Below, piece after piece: positions 39,897 through 50,303 of a stretch of DNA of 64,000 nucleotides. The notes under the pieces are model-generated. The model was not told where the DNA came from and ran no database searches. It saw only the letters and a list, made by a program, of their open reading frames with translations. Positions within the stretch are counted from its first letter, which is position 1. Every line of letters starts with the position of its first letter. The position numbers and the translations under genes were made by a program. The DNA is from Hyphomicrobiales bacterium. GTDB lineage: Bacteria > Pseudomonadota > Alphaproteobacteria > Rhizobiales > JACESI01. The stretch is from contig JBDWKL010000043.1 of assembly GCA_039973685.1 (NCBI GenBank), positions 207,749 to 271,748 of the forward strand, read 5' to 3'.

Positions 39897-41318
39897 ATGA
39901 AACAAACCAGCAATCAATCGGCCCTCGAACAATTTAAAGCCCTTCTTGGCGACCAGCATGTGTTGGTCAGCGAAGCAGACAAAGCGGGCTATCTTGTTGA
40001 ATGGCGTGACAAATATTTTGGTCAAGCCGCCGCAGTCTTACGCCCTAAGACCACGCAAGAGGTTTCGACAATTGTGAAAATTGCCAATGCTGAGAACGTC
40101 GCGCTTGTTCCTCAAGGGGGCAATACAGGTCTCGTGGGGGCGCAAATCGCCTTTGATGCGGATCGCCAATTTGTTGTGAATATGTCGCGCATGAATACCG
40201 TTCGGGAGATTGATGTCGACGCTTACACCATGACCGTTGATGCTGGAGTGGTTTTAGAAGCCGCCCAAAATGCTGCTAATAATGCAGATCGACTGTTTCC
40301 TTTGCGCATTGGTTCGCAAGGCTCCTGTCAAATTGGTGGCAATCTTTCATCGAATGCAGGTGGCACCAATGTGGTGGCCTACGGCAATGCGCGCGAGCTG
40401 GTGTTAGGCCTTGAGGTTGTGCTGCCCAATGGTGAAATTATCAACGGGCTGAACAAGCTTCGTAAGAACAACACGGGCTACGATTTAAAAAACCTCTTTA
40501 TTGGCGCTGAAGGAACACTCGGCTTTATTACGGGCGCTGTCTTGAAGCTCTTTCCAAAACCAAGAGGCACACAAGCCGCCATTCTTGCCTTTCATACACT
40601 GGAACAAGTGGGGCAGTTTTTCACTAAAGCAAAAACCCATGCAGGCGACGGCGTGACAGGATTTGAAGTGATCCCTCGCATCGGCATTGAGTTCTTGGAA
40701 AAACATACTCCAGATGTTCGCGATCCATTGGAAACGCCTTATCCTTGGTATGCGTTGGTTGAAGTTTCTTCACAGCATTCATATGAGCACGCCGAAAACT
40801 TGATGATGGAACTGGTTGAGGAGGGCATGAATGAGCAGCAGGTCTCAGATGGTGTGCTGGCCGCATCCCAAGCCCAACAAGCAGCCTTTTGGTATTTGCG
40901 TGAGCAACTCTCGGGCTGTCAAAAGGGCGAAGGTGGATCAATAAAGACAGACGTCTCCGTTCCCATCAGCGCGCTTCCTAAATTTTTGCCAGAAGCAATT
41001 GAGGCTGTAAAAGCCTATATGCCCGATGCTCGCCCTTGTACGTTTGGTCATTGGGGTGATGGTAATATCCATCTAAATGTTACCCAACCTATAGGCATGG
41101 ACCGTGATGGTTTCTTGAATCACTGGGATTCGATCAGTGATATTATCCATTCAGTTACCTTGTCTTATGGTGGGTCCATTTCAGCAGAGCATGGTATTGG
41201 GGTGATGAAACGTGAGAAGTTATCAGAAACTAAAGATCCGGCATCTCTCGCTTTGATGCGCCAAATCAAGCAAATGCTTGATCCCAAGGGCATTATGAAC
41301 CCAGAAAAAGTACTTTAG
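39897..41318 (+). CDS. FAD-linked oxidase (GlcD/D-2-hydroxyacid dehydrogenase family)
   Basis: It has the FAD_binding_4 motif (PQGGNTGLVGA) and a C-terminal SAEHGIG.K motif. I prefer the start at MKQTSN (39897). Confidence 0.88.
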   Translation: MKQTSNQSALEQFKALLGDQHVLVSEADKAGYLVEWRDKYFGQAAAVLRPKTTQEVSTIVKIANAENVALVPQGGNTGLVGAQIAFDADRQFVVNMSRMNTVREIDVDAYTMTVDAGVVLEAAQNAANNADRLFPLRIGSQGSCQIGGNLSSNAGGTNVVAYGNARELVLGLEVVLPNGEIINGLNKLRKNNTGYDLKNLFIGAEGTLGFITGAVLKLFPKPRGTQAAILAFHTLEQVGQFFTKAKTHAGDGVTGFEVIPRIGIEFLEKHTPDVRDPLETPYPWYALVEVSSQHSYEHAENLMMELVEEGMNEQQVSDGVLAASQAQQAAFWYLREQLSGCQKGEGGSIKTDVSVPISALPKFLPEAIEAVKAYMPDARPCTFGHWGDGNIHLNVTQPIGMDRDGFLNHWDSISDIIHSVTLSYGGSISAEHGIGVMKREKLSETKDPASLALMRQIKQMLDPKGIMNPEKVL

Positions 41319-41493
41319 TAACCTTTAAGAACCTCTCAACCCTACCAAATATTAAACGGCTGATTCACTTCATAATAACCTTGGATTCAGGCCATATTTT
41401 CTTAACCAATCTCTTTAAGCGAGTTCAGATACTCGTCATGTATTGTGCATCTCAAGGACCACCAAAAAACAAAAAGGTCCATGGGGAAATAAA

Positions 41494-42084
41494 ATGCGTC
41501 AAACAGAATTGGCAGGAGCCGCCGTTCATGAAGAACGGGTCGTGGCAACGAACAGCTATTTCCGGTTAAACCCGGCAGAACGTCGTCATGCGTTTCAGAC
41601 AGAAATGTCTGGATCAGCATTGGTCGGCCAAACATCAGTAGAACTTGATGACGAGATCGTTGTTGAAGGCATGCTTAAATGCGGCCTTGGAACACGCGTT
41701 ACTTGTGATCAAACAGCATTACGCGGTGTGGCTGCAAAACTAAGTCTCTCAGAAGAAGATACAGTTATTGCAGAACTCGTGCTTTTGCATCGTGATCCAT
41801 CACTCAACATCACTGTTGCACGTTCTTCAGATATGGAAGACCTTGCCGCTGATTGGCAAATGTGGGGTCGTCGCTACAATCTACCATTGATCTTGGTTGA
41901 AGCTGATGGCGTTGAACAGTTGATATCTGAGCGTGTCGGAAGCGTTGAGGTGTCTCAACCAACACCGCGTCGCCCGCATGCAATGTTTGCAGCTCGTCGC
42001 CCACGCTTCTTGACCCGCCGCAAAACTGGTTCAGTTGATAAAAGCAACCGTCTTGCAGGTCGCGAAATTATCGCACGCGCTTAA
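41494..42084 (+). CDS. Conserved hypothetical protein (alphaproteobacterial DUF-type, basic C-terminus)
   Basis: The ORF is preceded by a GGGGA Shine-Dalgarno sequence. I recognise no catalytic motif. The C-terminal RRPHAMFAARRPRFLTRRK tail resembles a DUF family I recall from alphaproteobacteria, but I cannot verify this. Confidence 0.6.
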   Translation: MRQTELAGAAVHEERVVATNSYFRLNPAERRHAFQTEMSGSALVGQTSVELDDEIVVEGMLKCGLGTRVTCDQTALRGVAAKLSLSEEDTVIAELVLLHRDPSLNITVARSSDMEDLAADWQMWGRRYNLPLILVEADGVEQLISERVGSVEVSQPTPRRPHAMFAARRPRFLTRRKTGSVDKSNRLAGREIIARA

Positions 42085-42094
42085 AAGTTTTAAG

Positions 42095-42132
42095 GCCGGA
42101 TGATCGTTTAGGAGAATGATTGTCCGGCTTTT
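42095..42132. terminator. Bidirectional hairpin terminator between the hypothetical gene and ubiA
   Basis: GCCGGATGATCG...TGATTGTCCGGC forms a stem with a 6-bp perfect core, two G-U pairs and further pairs. It is flanked by an A-rich sequence (TTAAAAGTTTTAA) upstream and TTTTAAA downstream. Confidence 0.6.
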
Positions 42133-43060
42133 AAATCAGCGTATCGACCACAAGTGCCGCAAAAACAATCAAGCCATAGTCCCTGTTCGATCTGAACATG
42201 GCAAGGCATTGATCTGGGTTGTCGATATCTAAGCGGAGCAATTGGTAAGCCATATGACCGACGCCAAGAGCAAGGCCAATAAAGGCTGCGGGTCCTGCGC
42301 CTGCAAGCACAAAGCTTGCCGTGAACAAGGCCGTTGCACCGCCATAAAAAACCACCAGCCATTGTTTGGTTTTATCACCGAACAAGCGAGCCGTTGATTT
42401 TACACCAACGAGTGCGTCGTCTTCTTTGTCTTGATGAGCATAAATCGTATCGTACCCAATCGTCCACATAATCGCGCCGATATAAAGCAGCACAGGCGCA
42501 AGGCTTAGCTCACCAAAGTGCGCCGCCCATCCCATCAAAGCACCCCATGAAAACGCAAAGCCCAAGCAAAGCTGCGGCCAATTTGTGATGCGCTTCATGA
42601 AGGGATAGATCGCGACGAAAAAGATCGAGCAAAAGCCTAAAATCACCGAGAACCAATTAAACTGTAATAAAACCGCAAGCCCGATGAGGCAGAGGAAAAC
42701 CGCGAACAAAACCGCTTTCTTCTTTGTCACCCGCCCACTTGGAATGGGCCGCATTCTGGTGCGAGCAACAGCCATGTCGATGTCTTCATCAACCACATCA
42801 TTATAAGTGCAGCCCGCGCCGCGCATAACAATCGCGCCAACCATGAATAATACCACATGCCAGATGTTCACCCAGCCGTCACCGCTTGCGGTTGAGGCCA
42901 ATGCGACAGACCACCAACATGGCAGCAAAAGCAGCCACCAACCGATAGGTCGCTCAAACCGTGCAAGCTGTGCATAAGGCAAGAACCAAGACGGCAATTT
43001 TGTCTCGACCCAATGGCCTTTCACTGCATCTGCAATACTTTCGCGGCTCGTATCATTCAT
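42131..43060 (-). CDS. ubiA: 4-hydroxybenzoate polyprenyltransferase
   Basis: It has the UbiA motifs NDVVDEDID and YDTIYAHQDKEDD and is polytopic. Confidence 0.93.
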   Translation of the reverse strand: MNDTSRESIADAVKGHWVETKLPSWFLPYAQLARFERPIGWWLLLLPCWWSVALASTASGDGWVNIWHVVLFMVGAIVMRGAGCTYNDVVDEDIDMAVARTRMRPIPSGRVTKKKAVLFAVFLCLIGLAVLLQFNWFSVILGFCSIFFVAIYPFMKRITNWPQLCLGFAFSWGALMGWAAHFGELSLAPVLLYIGAIMWTIGYDTIYAHQDKEDDALVGVKSTARLFGDKTKQWLVVFYGGATALFTASFVLAGAGPAAFIGLALGVGHMAYQLLRLDIDNPDQCLAMFRSNRDYGLIVFAALVVDTLI

Positions 43061-43221
43061 TAAGGGGGCCTTGGTTGATTAAATTCTAAGCATCACATAG
43101 CCCTTTTTTCAAACATTCGCTAGCAACTGTGATCAAATCTCTTGGAAACTACGTGATTGGATTGGCGAAACCGCGCCGCCGTGGTAGGCGATTGCCACAC
43201 ATCCCAACCAATGGATTTTTG

Positions 43222-44496
43222 ATGAACATTCTCCTTCTAGGTTCCGGTGGCCGCGAACATGCGCTGGCGTGGAGCCTTTCAAAATCGCCAAACCTTTCCA
43301 AGCTATTCGTAAGCCCCGGCAATGCTGGCATGAAAGAATGCGCTGAGCTTGTTGATGTGGATGCAGGCAACCACGATGCTGTGATTTCTTTTTGCCGCGA
43401 CCACTCAATTGATCTTGTGGTCATCGGCCCTGAAGCACCGCTCGTTGCAGGTCTTGCCGATGATTTGATTGCCGCCAACATCAAAGTGTTCGGCCCAACC
43501 AAATTGGCCGCACAACTTGAAGGCTCAAAGGGCTTCACCAAGGATGTCTGCGCCAACTACAATATCCCAACCGCGGCCTATGGTCGGTTCTCAAACGCCG
43601 ATGCCGCGAAAGCCTATATTACAGAACAAGGCGCGCCCATCGTTGTGAAAGCCGACGGTTTGGCCGCTGGCAAAGGCGTGATTATGGCCATGACAATGGA
43701 TGAGGCACTTGAGGCCGTTGATCATTGTTTTGGTGGCGCCTTTGGTGCTGCGGGTGCTGAGGTTGTTGTTGAAGAATTTATGGAAGGTGAAGAGGCAAGC
43801 TTCTTCGCGCTTTCTGATGGTGACAATATTCTGGCGCTCGCAAGTGCCCAAGACCATAAGCGCGTTGGTGATGGCGATACGGGTCTCAACACAGGCGGCA
43901 TGGGTGCCTATTCCCCTGCCCCCGTTATGACCGATGAGATGAGCCAAACGGTGATGGATCAAATTGTTGAACCGACCATCCGCGCCATGCGTGAAATGGG
44001 ACATCCTTATCAAGGCGTCTTGTTTGCAGGTCTTATGATCACCAAAGACGGCCCAAAGCTCATCGAGCACAACTGTCGTTTTGGTGACCCTGAATGTCAG
44101 GTGCTGATGATGCGCTTACAAAGCGACCTGTTGGAACTTTTAGACGCAGCAGCAAGCGGCACGCTGGATAAAGTTCAGCCAAGTTGGTCTGATGAGACAG
44201 CGCTAACCGTAGTGCTCGCCTCAAAGGGTTATCCAGGCTCCTATGAAAAAGGCACAGCCATCCGTAATCTAAACGCCGCCAACTCAGACAATGCCAAAAC
44301 ATTTCATGCAGGCACTGCTGAGAAAGACGGCGAAATCGTCGCAATCGGCGGACGCGTTCTAAACGTGACAGCACGCGGAAACAGCGTCAAACAAGCCCAA
44401 GCTCGCGCCTATGAAGCCGTAGACCAAATTGATTGGGAAAACGGTTTTTGCAGACGCGATATTGGTTGGCGTGCGGTTGAACGCGAAGAAGACTAG
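43222..44496 (+). CDS. purD: Phosphoribosylamine--glycine ligase
   Basis: [17 protein letters not shown] is the canonical N-terminus. The listed start at 43129 adds a basic, non-homologous extension. Confidence 0.95.
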   Translation: MNILLLGSGGREHALAWSLSKSPNLSKLFVSPGNAGMKECAELVDVDAGNHDAVISFCRDHSIDLVVIGPEAPLVAGLADDLIAANIKVFGPTKLAAQLEGSKGFTKDVCANYNIPTAAYGRFSNADAAKAYITEQGAPIVVKADGLAAGKGVIMAMTMDEALEAVDHCFGGAFGAAGAEVVVEEFMEGEEASFFALSDGDNILALASAQDHKRVGDGDTGLNTGGMGAYSPAPVMTDEMSQTVMDQIVEPTIRAMREMGHPYQGVLFAGLMITKDGPKLIEHNCRFGDPECQVLMMRLQSDLLELLDAAASGTLDKVQPSWSDETALTVVLASKGYPGSYEKGTAIRNLNAANSDNAKTFHAGTAEKDGEIVAIGGRVLNVTARGNSVKQAQARAYEAVDQIDWENGFCRRDIGWRAVEREED

Positions 44497-44750
44497 CGGA
44501 AGCGGTTCTTCTTATTCTTTTCAAAAAGCACACCGGATGTTGCACCAGCAGCACCACCAATAAGCGCGCCGGCAGCCACCGGCCCGCCCGCTAAAATTGC
44601 AATGCCAGTGCCAGTTGCCGCGCCAATACCACCACCGGTGATCGCGGTTCTATCTGTTCGCCCTAAATTGCAAGCTGCCAATGAACCTGCAAGCGCCAAC
44701 ACGGCGCTAACGTGAAACAGCGATTTGAGTTTTCCAGTCTTAATCATCAA
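44493..44750 (-). CDS. Glycine-zipper lipoprotein (17-kDa-antigen/YMGG-like)
   Basis: It has the lipobox LAAC followed by G/A-rich glycine-zipper repeats ([31 protein letters not shown]). Confidence 0.75.
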   Translation of the reverse strand: MMIKTGKLKSLFHVSAVLALAGSLAACNLGRTDRTAITGGGIGAATGTGIAILAGGPVAAGALIGGAAGATSGVLFEKNKKNRFR

Positions 44751-44883
44751 GAATGCCTTTGCTTAGTTTTGTTAAAGCGTGTGAACTGGTAAGCTCTGCC
44801 AAACAGATCAACGCGCAATCAAGGCGAATCATGCCACTGGATTGTGACCCCCTAGCGCTCGAAATAAGGCCGCAACAACACGA

Positions 44884-46725
44884 ATGCTTAATGACGGAAA
44901 CATAAAGCGCGTTCAGCGCCTCGACGACGGCATGGTCAACCGCATTGCAGCGGGTGAAGTGATTGAGCGTCCAGCAAGCGTTGTGAAAGAACTCGTCGAA
45001 AACGCCATTGATGCTGGCGGGCGAGACATTGAAATTGTAACGGCTGGCGGCGGCAAAAACCTCATTCGTGTGAGCGATGATGGTCGCGGCATGGATGCGG
45101 AAGATTTGCGATTGGCTGTTGAACGCCATTGCACCTCTAAGCTCTCTCATGATTTGATGGACATCAGAACACTCGGCTTTCGTGGTGAGGCACTGCCTTC
45201 CATCGGGTCTGTATCCCGTCTTTCCATCGCCACCAGAACAGCAACAGCTGAAAGCGGCTTTGAAATTACCGTTTCAGATGGCGCAATAGAAGGCCCGTCC
45301 CCTGCTGCATGGGCAAAGGGTACACGCGTCGAAGTGAAAGACCTTTTCTTCTGTGTCCCCGCACGCCTCAAATTCTTGAAGACAGACCGCGCCGAAGCGA
45401 ATGCGATCACTGACATCATTAAGCGCATCGCCATCGCCAACCCGCGCGTCTCCTTCACGCTTGCAGGATCAGATCGCCAAGAAACGCTTTATCCAGCAAG
45501 CAACAACGATGATGACGAAGCGGCTGAAAGCGAACGGTTACGGCAAGTTCTTGGGCGTGACTTCATTGAGAATTCACTGCGCATTGATGAAGAGCGCGAA
45601 GGCGTTTTTCTAACGGGCTTCATTGGCCTTCCAACCTTCGACCGTGCGAACAGCCTGCACCAGTTTTTAAACGTCAATGGCCGCCCCGTGCGTGACCCGC
45701 TTTTAATGTCAGCCTTACGCGGTGGCTATGCCGACACCATGACCAAGGGGCGCTATCCGATTTTAGCGCTCTCCATCACCCTTGATCCGGCCCATGTGGA
45801 CGTCAACGTTCATCCCGCAAAATCAGATGTCCGTTTTCGTGATCCAGGTTTGGTGCGTGGTCTCATTGTTGGCTCTATTAAACGGGCGTTGGCTGGCTCT
45901 GGCGTGAAGCCTGATACAGGCGGCACTGCGGCTGCACTATCCGCGTTCCGCCGTAATGACGCGCCACCACGCCAACAATTTGGCGATTATCAACGTCCAC
46001 AAAATGCCAATTGGGCTGAAACCACATCACCGACGAGACCTTTGGCTGAGAACCAATTTGGCGAACAAGCACAAGCAAGCTTTGACCACGGCGAAACACC
46101 ATCCGCCCGCTATGAAGTGGTGGAAGAGCAGCACGAACCAACAAGCCATCCGCTGGGTGCTGCACGGGCGCAAATTCATGAGAACTATATCATTGCCCAA
46201 AGTGATCAGGGTCTTGTCCTCGTTGATCAACACGCAGCCCACGAGCGGCTTGTTTATGAACGCCTCAAGAAGAACATGGATGACAACGGGATTGAACGGC
46301 AAATATTACTGATCCCAGACATTGTCGATTTACCGGAAGAAGACGTGAATAACATTGTTGAACGGGCTGATGAACTGGCGGAAGTGGGCTTGGTTATTGA
46401 AGCCTTTGGGCCGGGTGCTGTGGCCGTTCGCGAAACGCCTTCGCTCCTTGGTAAAGTAGACGCTGGTGGTCTGCTGCGTGATCTTGCGGATGAATTGGCA
46501 GAATGGGACCGCGCCACCCTTATTCGTGACAAACTAAATGCCATTGCATCGCGCATGGCCTGCCACGGGTCTGTGCGCTCAGGCAGACGCTTAACCGCGC
46601 CAGAGATGAATGCGCTCTTGCGCGAGATGGAAGAAACGCCCAATGCTGGACAATGCAATCACGGGCGACCAACTTTTATCACGCTGACACTGAATGAGAT
46701 TGAAAAATTATTCGAGCGGCGTTAA
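44884..46725 (+). CDS. mutL: DNA mismatch repair protein MutL
   Basis: It has the GHKL ATPase motifs [25 protein letters not shown] and DDGRGM. The C-terminal endonuclease-type motif DQHAAHERL is present. Confidence 0.95.
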   Translation: MLNDGNIKRVQRLDDGMVNRIAAGEVIERPASVVKELVENAIDAGGRDIEIVTAGGGKNLIRVSDDGRGMDAEDLRLAVERHCTSKLSHDLMDIRTLGFRGEALPSIGSVSRLSIATRTATAESGFEITVSDGAIEGPSPAAWAKGTRVEVKDLFFCVPARLKFLKTDRAEANAITDIIKRIAIANPRVSFTLAGSDRQETLYPASNNDDDEAAESERLRQVLGRDFIENSLRIDEEREGVFLTGFIGLPTFDRANSLHQFLNVNGRPVRDPLLMSALRGGYADTMTKGRYPILALSITLDPAHVDVNVHPAKSDVRFRDPGLVRGLIVGSIKRALAGSGVKPDTGGTAAALSAFRRNDAPPRQQFGDYQRPQNANWAETTSPTRPLAENQFGEQAQASFDHGETPSARYEVVEEQHEPTSHPLGAARAQIHENYIIAQSDQGLVLVDQHAAHERLVYERLKKNMDDNGIERQILLIPDIVDLPEEDVNNIVERADELAEVGLVIEAFGPGAVAVRETPSLLGKVDAGGLLRDLADELAEWDRATLIRDKLNAIASRMACHGSVRSGRRLTAPEMNALLREMEETPNAGQCNHGRPTFITLTLNEIEKLFERR

Positions 46726-46734
46726 TAAGTAGAT

Positions 46735-46953
46735 ATGAACCGTTTCAATCTCCCAACTTCAGGCGGCGAAGCTAAAGTTCGCTATGACCATGCAGACTTC
46801 CACGTGCTTTCATCAGGAGGCTTCGTGCGTTGCGCTGTGACCAATCAGGTGATCCCGATTGAAGAACTGAAATATTGGAATGTTGAACGGCAAGAAGCTT
46901 ACATCGATGTGGCCGCATCTCTTTCGCGCCATGAAGAAGCGAAAGCCAAGTAA
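46735..46953 (+). CDS. DUF2093 family small protein
   Basis: A 72-aa ORF 9 nt after mutL. The motif YWNVERQEAY matches my recollection of the alphaproteobacterial DUF2093 family. Confidence 0.6.
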   Translation: MNRFNLPTSGGEAKVRYDHADFHVLSSGGFVRCAVTNQVIPIEELKYWNVERQEAYIDVAASLSRHEEAKAK

Positions 46954-47949
46954 TTACGAGTGAACCAAATCATTCAGGTTTGGCGGAACATCGAACACAG
47001 CTTCAACTTCAATCACTTTACTTGCATCCAAAAGCTTTGCCAGATTGCCTGTACCGCCCTCAAGGCGGATTGCATCTTTTGCCGTTGTCACTATTTCAGC
47101 ATCAAACAAGTTTGCTTGTAATAAAATGTTCGCAGCTTCGCCTTCGCTAAACGAATGATGATCTGGAAACGGCATGGATGACACCAAATCAGCGCCGCGC
47201 TCTTCGACAGTACTAAAAAACTTCTGCGGATCACCAATACCGCTAAACGCCACAACCCGCTTACCCGCCAAGTCGTAATCTTGAGCAGGCTTTAGGCTCA
47301 CATTAAAAACTGATGCCTGCTTTTCCTCAAAATGACGAATGAGGTCTGTAATCGTTGCGTGGTTTTCGTGCGAGCTTTGAACCACAAGCAAACTATCTGC
47401 ATGTTCGATCTGTACCGACAACGGTGCACGCAATGGTCCTGCTGGCATGAGGCAACCGTTGCCAAGCCCGCGCTTACCATCAACGACCAAGAGAGCATGA
47501 TGTGGCTTGATACGAGCGCTTTGAAAGCCGTCATCCATAATAATTAAATCAGGCGTGAATTGCTCTTCAATAAACCGCACCCCCGCCACGCGGTCCTTTG
47601 CTATAATCGTTGGAGCACTCTTTGCGAGCAACAAAGGTTCATCGCCAACATCTTGAGCGCGGTCATTGGTGGATGAGACCAAGTGTGGGCCAGATACAGA
47701 ACCGCCATAGCCTCTGGATAAAAACACAACTTCATCACCGCGCGCTTGAAAGAGATTGGCAAGCGAGAGAGCAACAGGCGTTTTACCTGCGCCGCCAGCT
47801 GTGAAATTTCCAATACAAATGACAGGAATTTTTGAGGTGATGCCTTTTCCAAAAGGTCGGCGTGTCACAAGGCCGTATAAATAGGAAAGCGGCGCCAGTA
47901 AAATTGATGGGAGGCTATTTTTTCGCCACCAAAAGTCAGGCGCTCTCAT
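46954..47949 (-). CDS. lpxK: Tetraacyldisaccharide 4'-kinase
   Basis: It has the P-loop GNFTAGGAGKTP, LSRGYGG and DDGFQ motifs. Confidence 0.93.
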   Translation of the reverse strand: MRAPDFWWRKNSLPSILLAPLSYLYGLVTRRPFGKGITSKIPVICIGNFTAGGAGKTPVALSLANLFQARGDEVVFLSRGYGGSVSGPHLVSSTNDRAQDVGDEPLLLAKSAPTIIAKDRVAGVRFIEEQFTPDLIIMDDGFQSARIKPHHALLVVDGKRGLGNGCLMPAGPLRAPLSVQIEHADSLLVVQSSHENHATITDLIRHFEEKQASVFNVSLKPAQDYDLAGKRVVAFSGIGDPQKFFSTVEERGADLVSSMPFPDHHSFSEGEAANILLQANLFDAEIVTTAKDAIRLEGGTGNLAKLLDASKVIEVEAVFDVPPNLNDLVHS

Positions 47950-49293
47950 CTATTCGCCCGCAACATACCGATCATCGGCATCAGCAAGGCGACCAGATAA
48001 AATCAATGGTCGTAAGTAAGGCATCAGCGCGTTATGCGTTCGCTCTAAAGCCCCACCCAAGCCTTGCAATGCCTGATCGGCGGCCTTTGTCATCTGTTCA
48101 CTGCGATCTCTATTTGCTAAAATATCTGCCACTTGACGCACCAGCTCTTCACTGTTTTTCACGCAGACGCATCCACCTCGTTGGCCCAATGCGGTAAAAA
48201 TATTAGCGAAATTTTCGACATTGGGTCCATGGACAATCGCGGAACCAAGCCGTGCGGGTTCAATCGGATTTTGCCCACCATGAGGCACAAGCGATCCACC
48301 AACAAGACTGCACGGAGACAGGCTATAAAACAAAGCAAGCTCACCAATTGTATCGGCGATATAGATGTCATCAGTTAGCTTCGGCATTTCATTATGGCTT
48401 CGCTGGACCACATTCAAATTGAGATTTGCGAGTGAACTCACAATTTCTTCGGCCCGATGCGGGTGCCGTGGAACAACGATTGTTAGAAGATCAGGAAATG
48501 TCCGTTTCAAATGCATATGGGCTTTGGCAACAATCATCTCTTCTTGATCGTGCGTGCTGGCAGCGAGCCAAATACGGCGTCCGCCAATTGCAGATTGCAA
48601 ACGAGAAAAAGCGATTTCGTCGATCTCAGGCATATCTGAATCAAACTTCAAATTGCCACCATTGATGACACCTTGAACACCCAGCTCAGAAAAACGTGCG
48701 GCATCTTCTTCGGTTTGAGCGATGCACAAATTAACATTGTCGAATAAGGCGTGGGTAATCGATCCAATTTTTTTCCACCGCGCGAAAGATCTCTCCGACA
48801 TACGGGCGTTGACGAGGACTTGCGGGATATGGCGTTTGGTCAGCTCCGTCATCGTATTGGGCCATAATTCTGACTCAACAAAGACGGCGAGAGCTGGTTG
48901 CCATGTTTTCAAAAACCGAGAAACGAACGGTTTCAAATCAAGGGGGGCAAACTGGTGCACAGCTCCCTTTGGCAATTCAACTGATGCGATGTTAGCCGCT
49001 GTTACTGTAACTGTGGTGAAGATCACCTGAAAACGCATGTCTGTAAGGCGCTTGATCAGAGGCAAAACAGCTTTTGTTTCACCGATACTTGCAGCATGTA
49101 CCCAGACATAAGAGCCGTTATCGCTCTTTGGCAGCACTTCTTTGGAGGCAAATCCGTAACGTTCCTGCAACCGCTCTTTTATCTCTTTGCCTCTGCGAGC
49201 GCGAGCGCGCAAAAACAGACCGCTAAACGGCTGGACTGCGTAACTAAGCGCACCATACATTCCAAGAGCTAGGCGAGACGTTAAATCAGCCAT
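47950..49293 (-). CDS. waaA: 3-deoxy-D-manno-octulosonic acid transferase
   Basis: It has the WVHAASIGE and GGSLVPHGGQNPIEPA motifs. There is zero-nt spacing to lpxK. Confidence 0.93.
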   Translation of the reverse strand: MADLTSRLALGMYGALSYAVQPFSGLFLRARARRGKEIKERLQERYGFASKEVLPKSDNGSYVWVHAASIGETKAVLPLIKRLTDMRFQVIFTTVTVTAANIASVELPKGAVHQFAPLDLKPFVSRFLKTWQPALAVFVESELWPNTMTELTKRHIPQVLVNARMSERSFARWKKIGSITHALFDNVNLCIAQTEEDAARFSELGVQGVINGGNLKFDSDMPEIDEIAFSRLQSAIGGRRIWLAASTHDQEEMIVAKAHMHLKRTFPDLLTIVVPRHPHRAEEIVSSLANLNLNVVQRSHNEMPKLTDDIYIADTIGELALFYSLSPCSLVGGSLVPHGGQNPIEPARLGSAIVHGPNVENFANIFTALGQRGGCVCVKNSEELVRQVADILANRDRSEQMTKAADQALQGLGGALERTHNALMPYLRPLILSGRLADADDRYVAGE

Positions 49294-50004
49294 TTATTCC
49301 ATCATTTCAATTGCTCGTGCCGCCCCGACAAGGTTATTTGCTTGTTTCGTTATTTCTAAAAGCTGCTTCTCGACACTTAGTCTAGCAGTTTCCAGCTCTA
49401 ATTCACCAGCACTAGCACTTACCCGCACTGGTTTCCCCATTTTAAATGCAACCTTAGAAAATGGCAGATTGATGGCGGTTTGGTCCCAAGACTTCAAATA
49501 AATATTTTTACTCGAGACCATGGTGACAGGAAATATCGGCCGACCCGATAATTTCCCAAGTGTAACAACACCTTTGCCAACTTCGCGTGCAGGACCTTTG
49601 GGAACATTTGCGGTCATGGCAATGTTCATGCCCTCTTCCAAAGCTGACAAAATTTCAAGTGAACTTTGTACCCCACCCTTTTTAAGCGTTTTAGCCCGGT
49701 TTTTTCCGCCTGATCCGCGAATCGTTTTAAGGCCATAACTTTCAAGAGCCGCAGCTTGCATCTCACCATCACCATGGCGCGATACAAGACAGGCAAGATC
49801 AATCTTCTTTGCAATGGCGGTGGGTATTAAAAATTGTTCGCCATGCCAAAAAGTAAAAATGGCAGGTTCATCGGCTGCAACCTCATCAAAAAAAGGTTGC
49901 ATTGGGTTTTGAGCACGTGAGGTTACTGCGACGAATTTGAAATAAGCCGCAACTGTTCTTCCAATTGTGCGTAGCACAGTGGGGGATTTCAGAACACGTT
50001 TCAA
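49294..50004 (-). CDS. DUF374 / lysophospholipid acyltransferase-like protein
   Basis: It has FWHGEQF and a conserved RGSGG..R motif typical of DUF374 proteins found next to waaA. There is zero-nt spacing to waaA. Confidence 0.8.
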   Translation of the reverse strand: MKRVLKSPTVLRTIGRTVAAYFKFVAVTSRAQNPMQPFFDEVAADEPAIFTFWHGEQFLIPTAIAKKIDLACLVSRHGDGEMQAAALESYGLKTIRGSGGKNRAKTLKKGGVQSSLEILSALEEGMNIAMTANVPKGPAREVGKGVVTLGKLSGRPIFPVTMVSSKNIYLKSWDQTAINLPFSKVAFKMGKPVRVSASAGELELETARLSVEKQLLEITKQANNLVGAARAIEMME

Positions 50005-50039
50005 AACAAACTCTTTTTAAGTCCAGCAAAGGCTGGTTC

Positions 50040-50279
50040 TTAGCTTTCGTCAGGCTGCAACATACGGTGCATGTGCACAATAAAATAGCGCATATGAGCG
50101 TTGTCTACTGTCCCTTGCGCCTTCTGCTTCCAAGCTACATAAGCGGCTTCATAGTTAGGATAAACCCCGACGAGATCAACATCATCAAGGTCTTTAAAAG
50201 TCATACCTTCAAGGGTTTCTAATTCTCCACCAAAAACCAAGTGAAGCAATTGTTCTTCTGACGTTTCTTTCGATGCCAT
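50040..50279 (-). CDS. DUF4170 family small protein
   Basis: A 79-aa protein with LVFGGEL...F.D.....VG.Y....A...W...AQ.TVDNA.MRYFI.. Confidence 0.7.
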   Translation of the reverse strand: MASKETSEEQLLHLVFGGELETLEGMTFKDLDDVDLVGVYPNYEAAYVAWKQKAQGTVDNAHMRYFIVHMHRMLQPDES

Positions 50280-50303
50280 ATCATCCCCGAAAAAGTTGGT
50301 TGG

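Noticed and set aside
41381-41635. Short ORFs (62 aa on plus, 77 aa on minus) and the 17-codon upstream extension of the 41443 ORF.
   Set aside because: There is no family support. The ATG at 41494 has the only Shine-Dalgarno-like context (GGGGA). The minus-strand ORF is antisense to the hypothetical gene.
43129-43221. Possible ZTP/pfl-like riboswitch or structured leader upstream of purD (GTGATTGGATTGGCGAAACC...CCGCCGTGGTAGGCG), and the in-frame 31-aa extension of the purD ORF.
   Set aside because: There is only a superficial resemblance to the ACUGGCG and CCGCCUGGGC boxes, and the spacing between sub-domains is too short. The pairing I could draw (ATTGGATTGG with CCAACCAAT) is modest. The ORF extension is arginine-rich and non-homologous to PurD. 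An Rfam cmscan would settle it.
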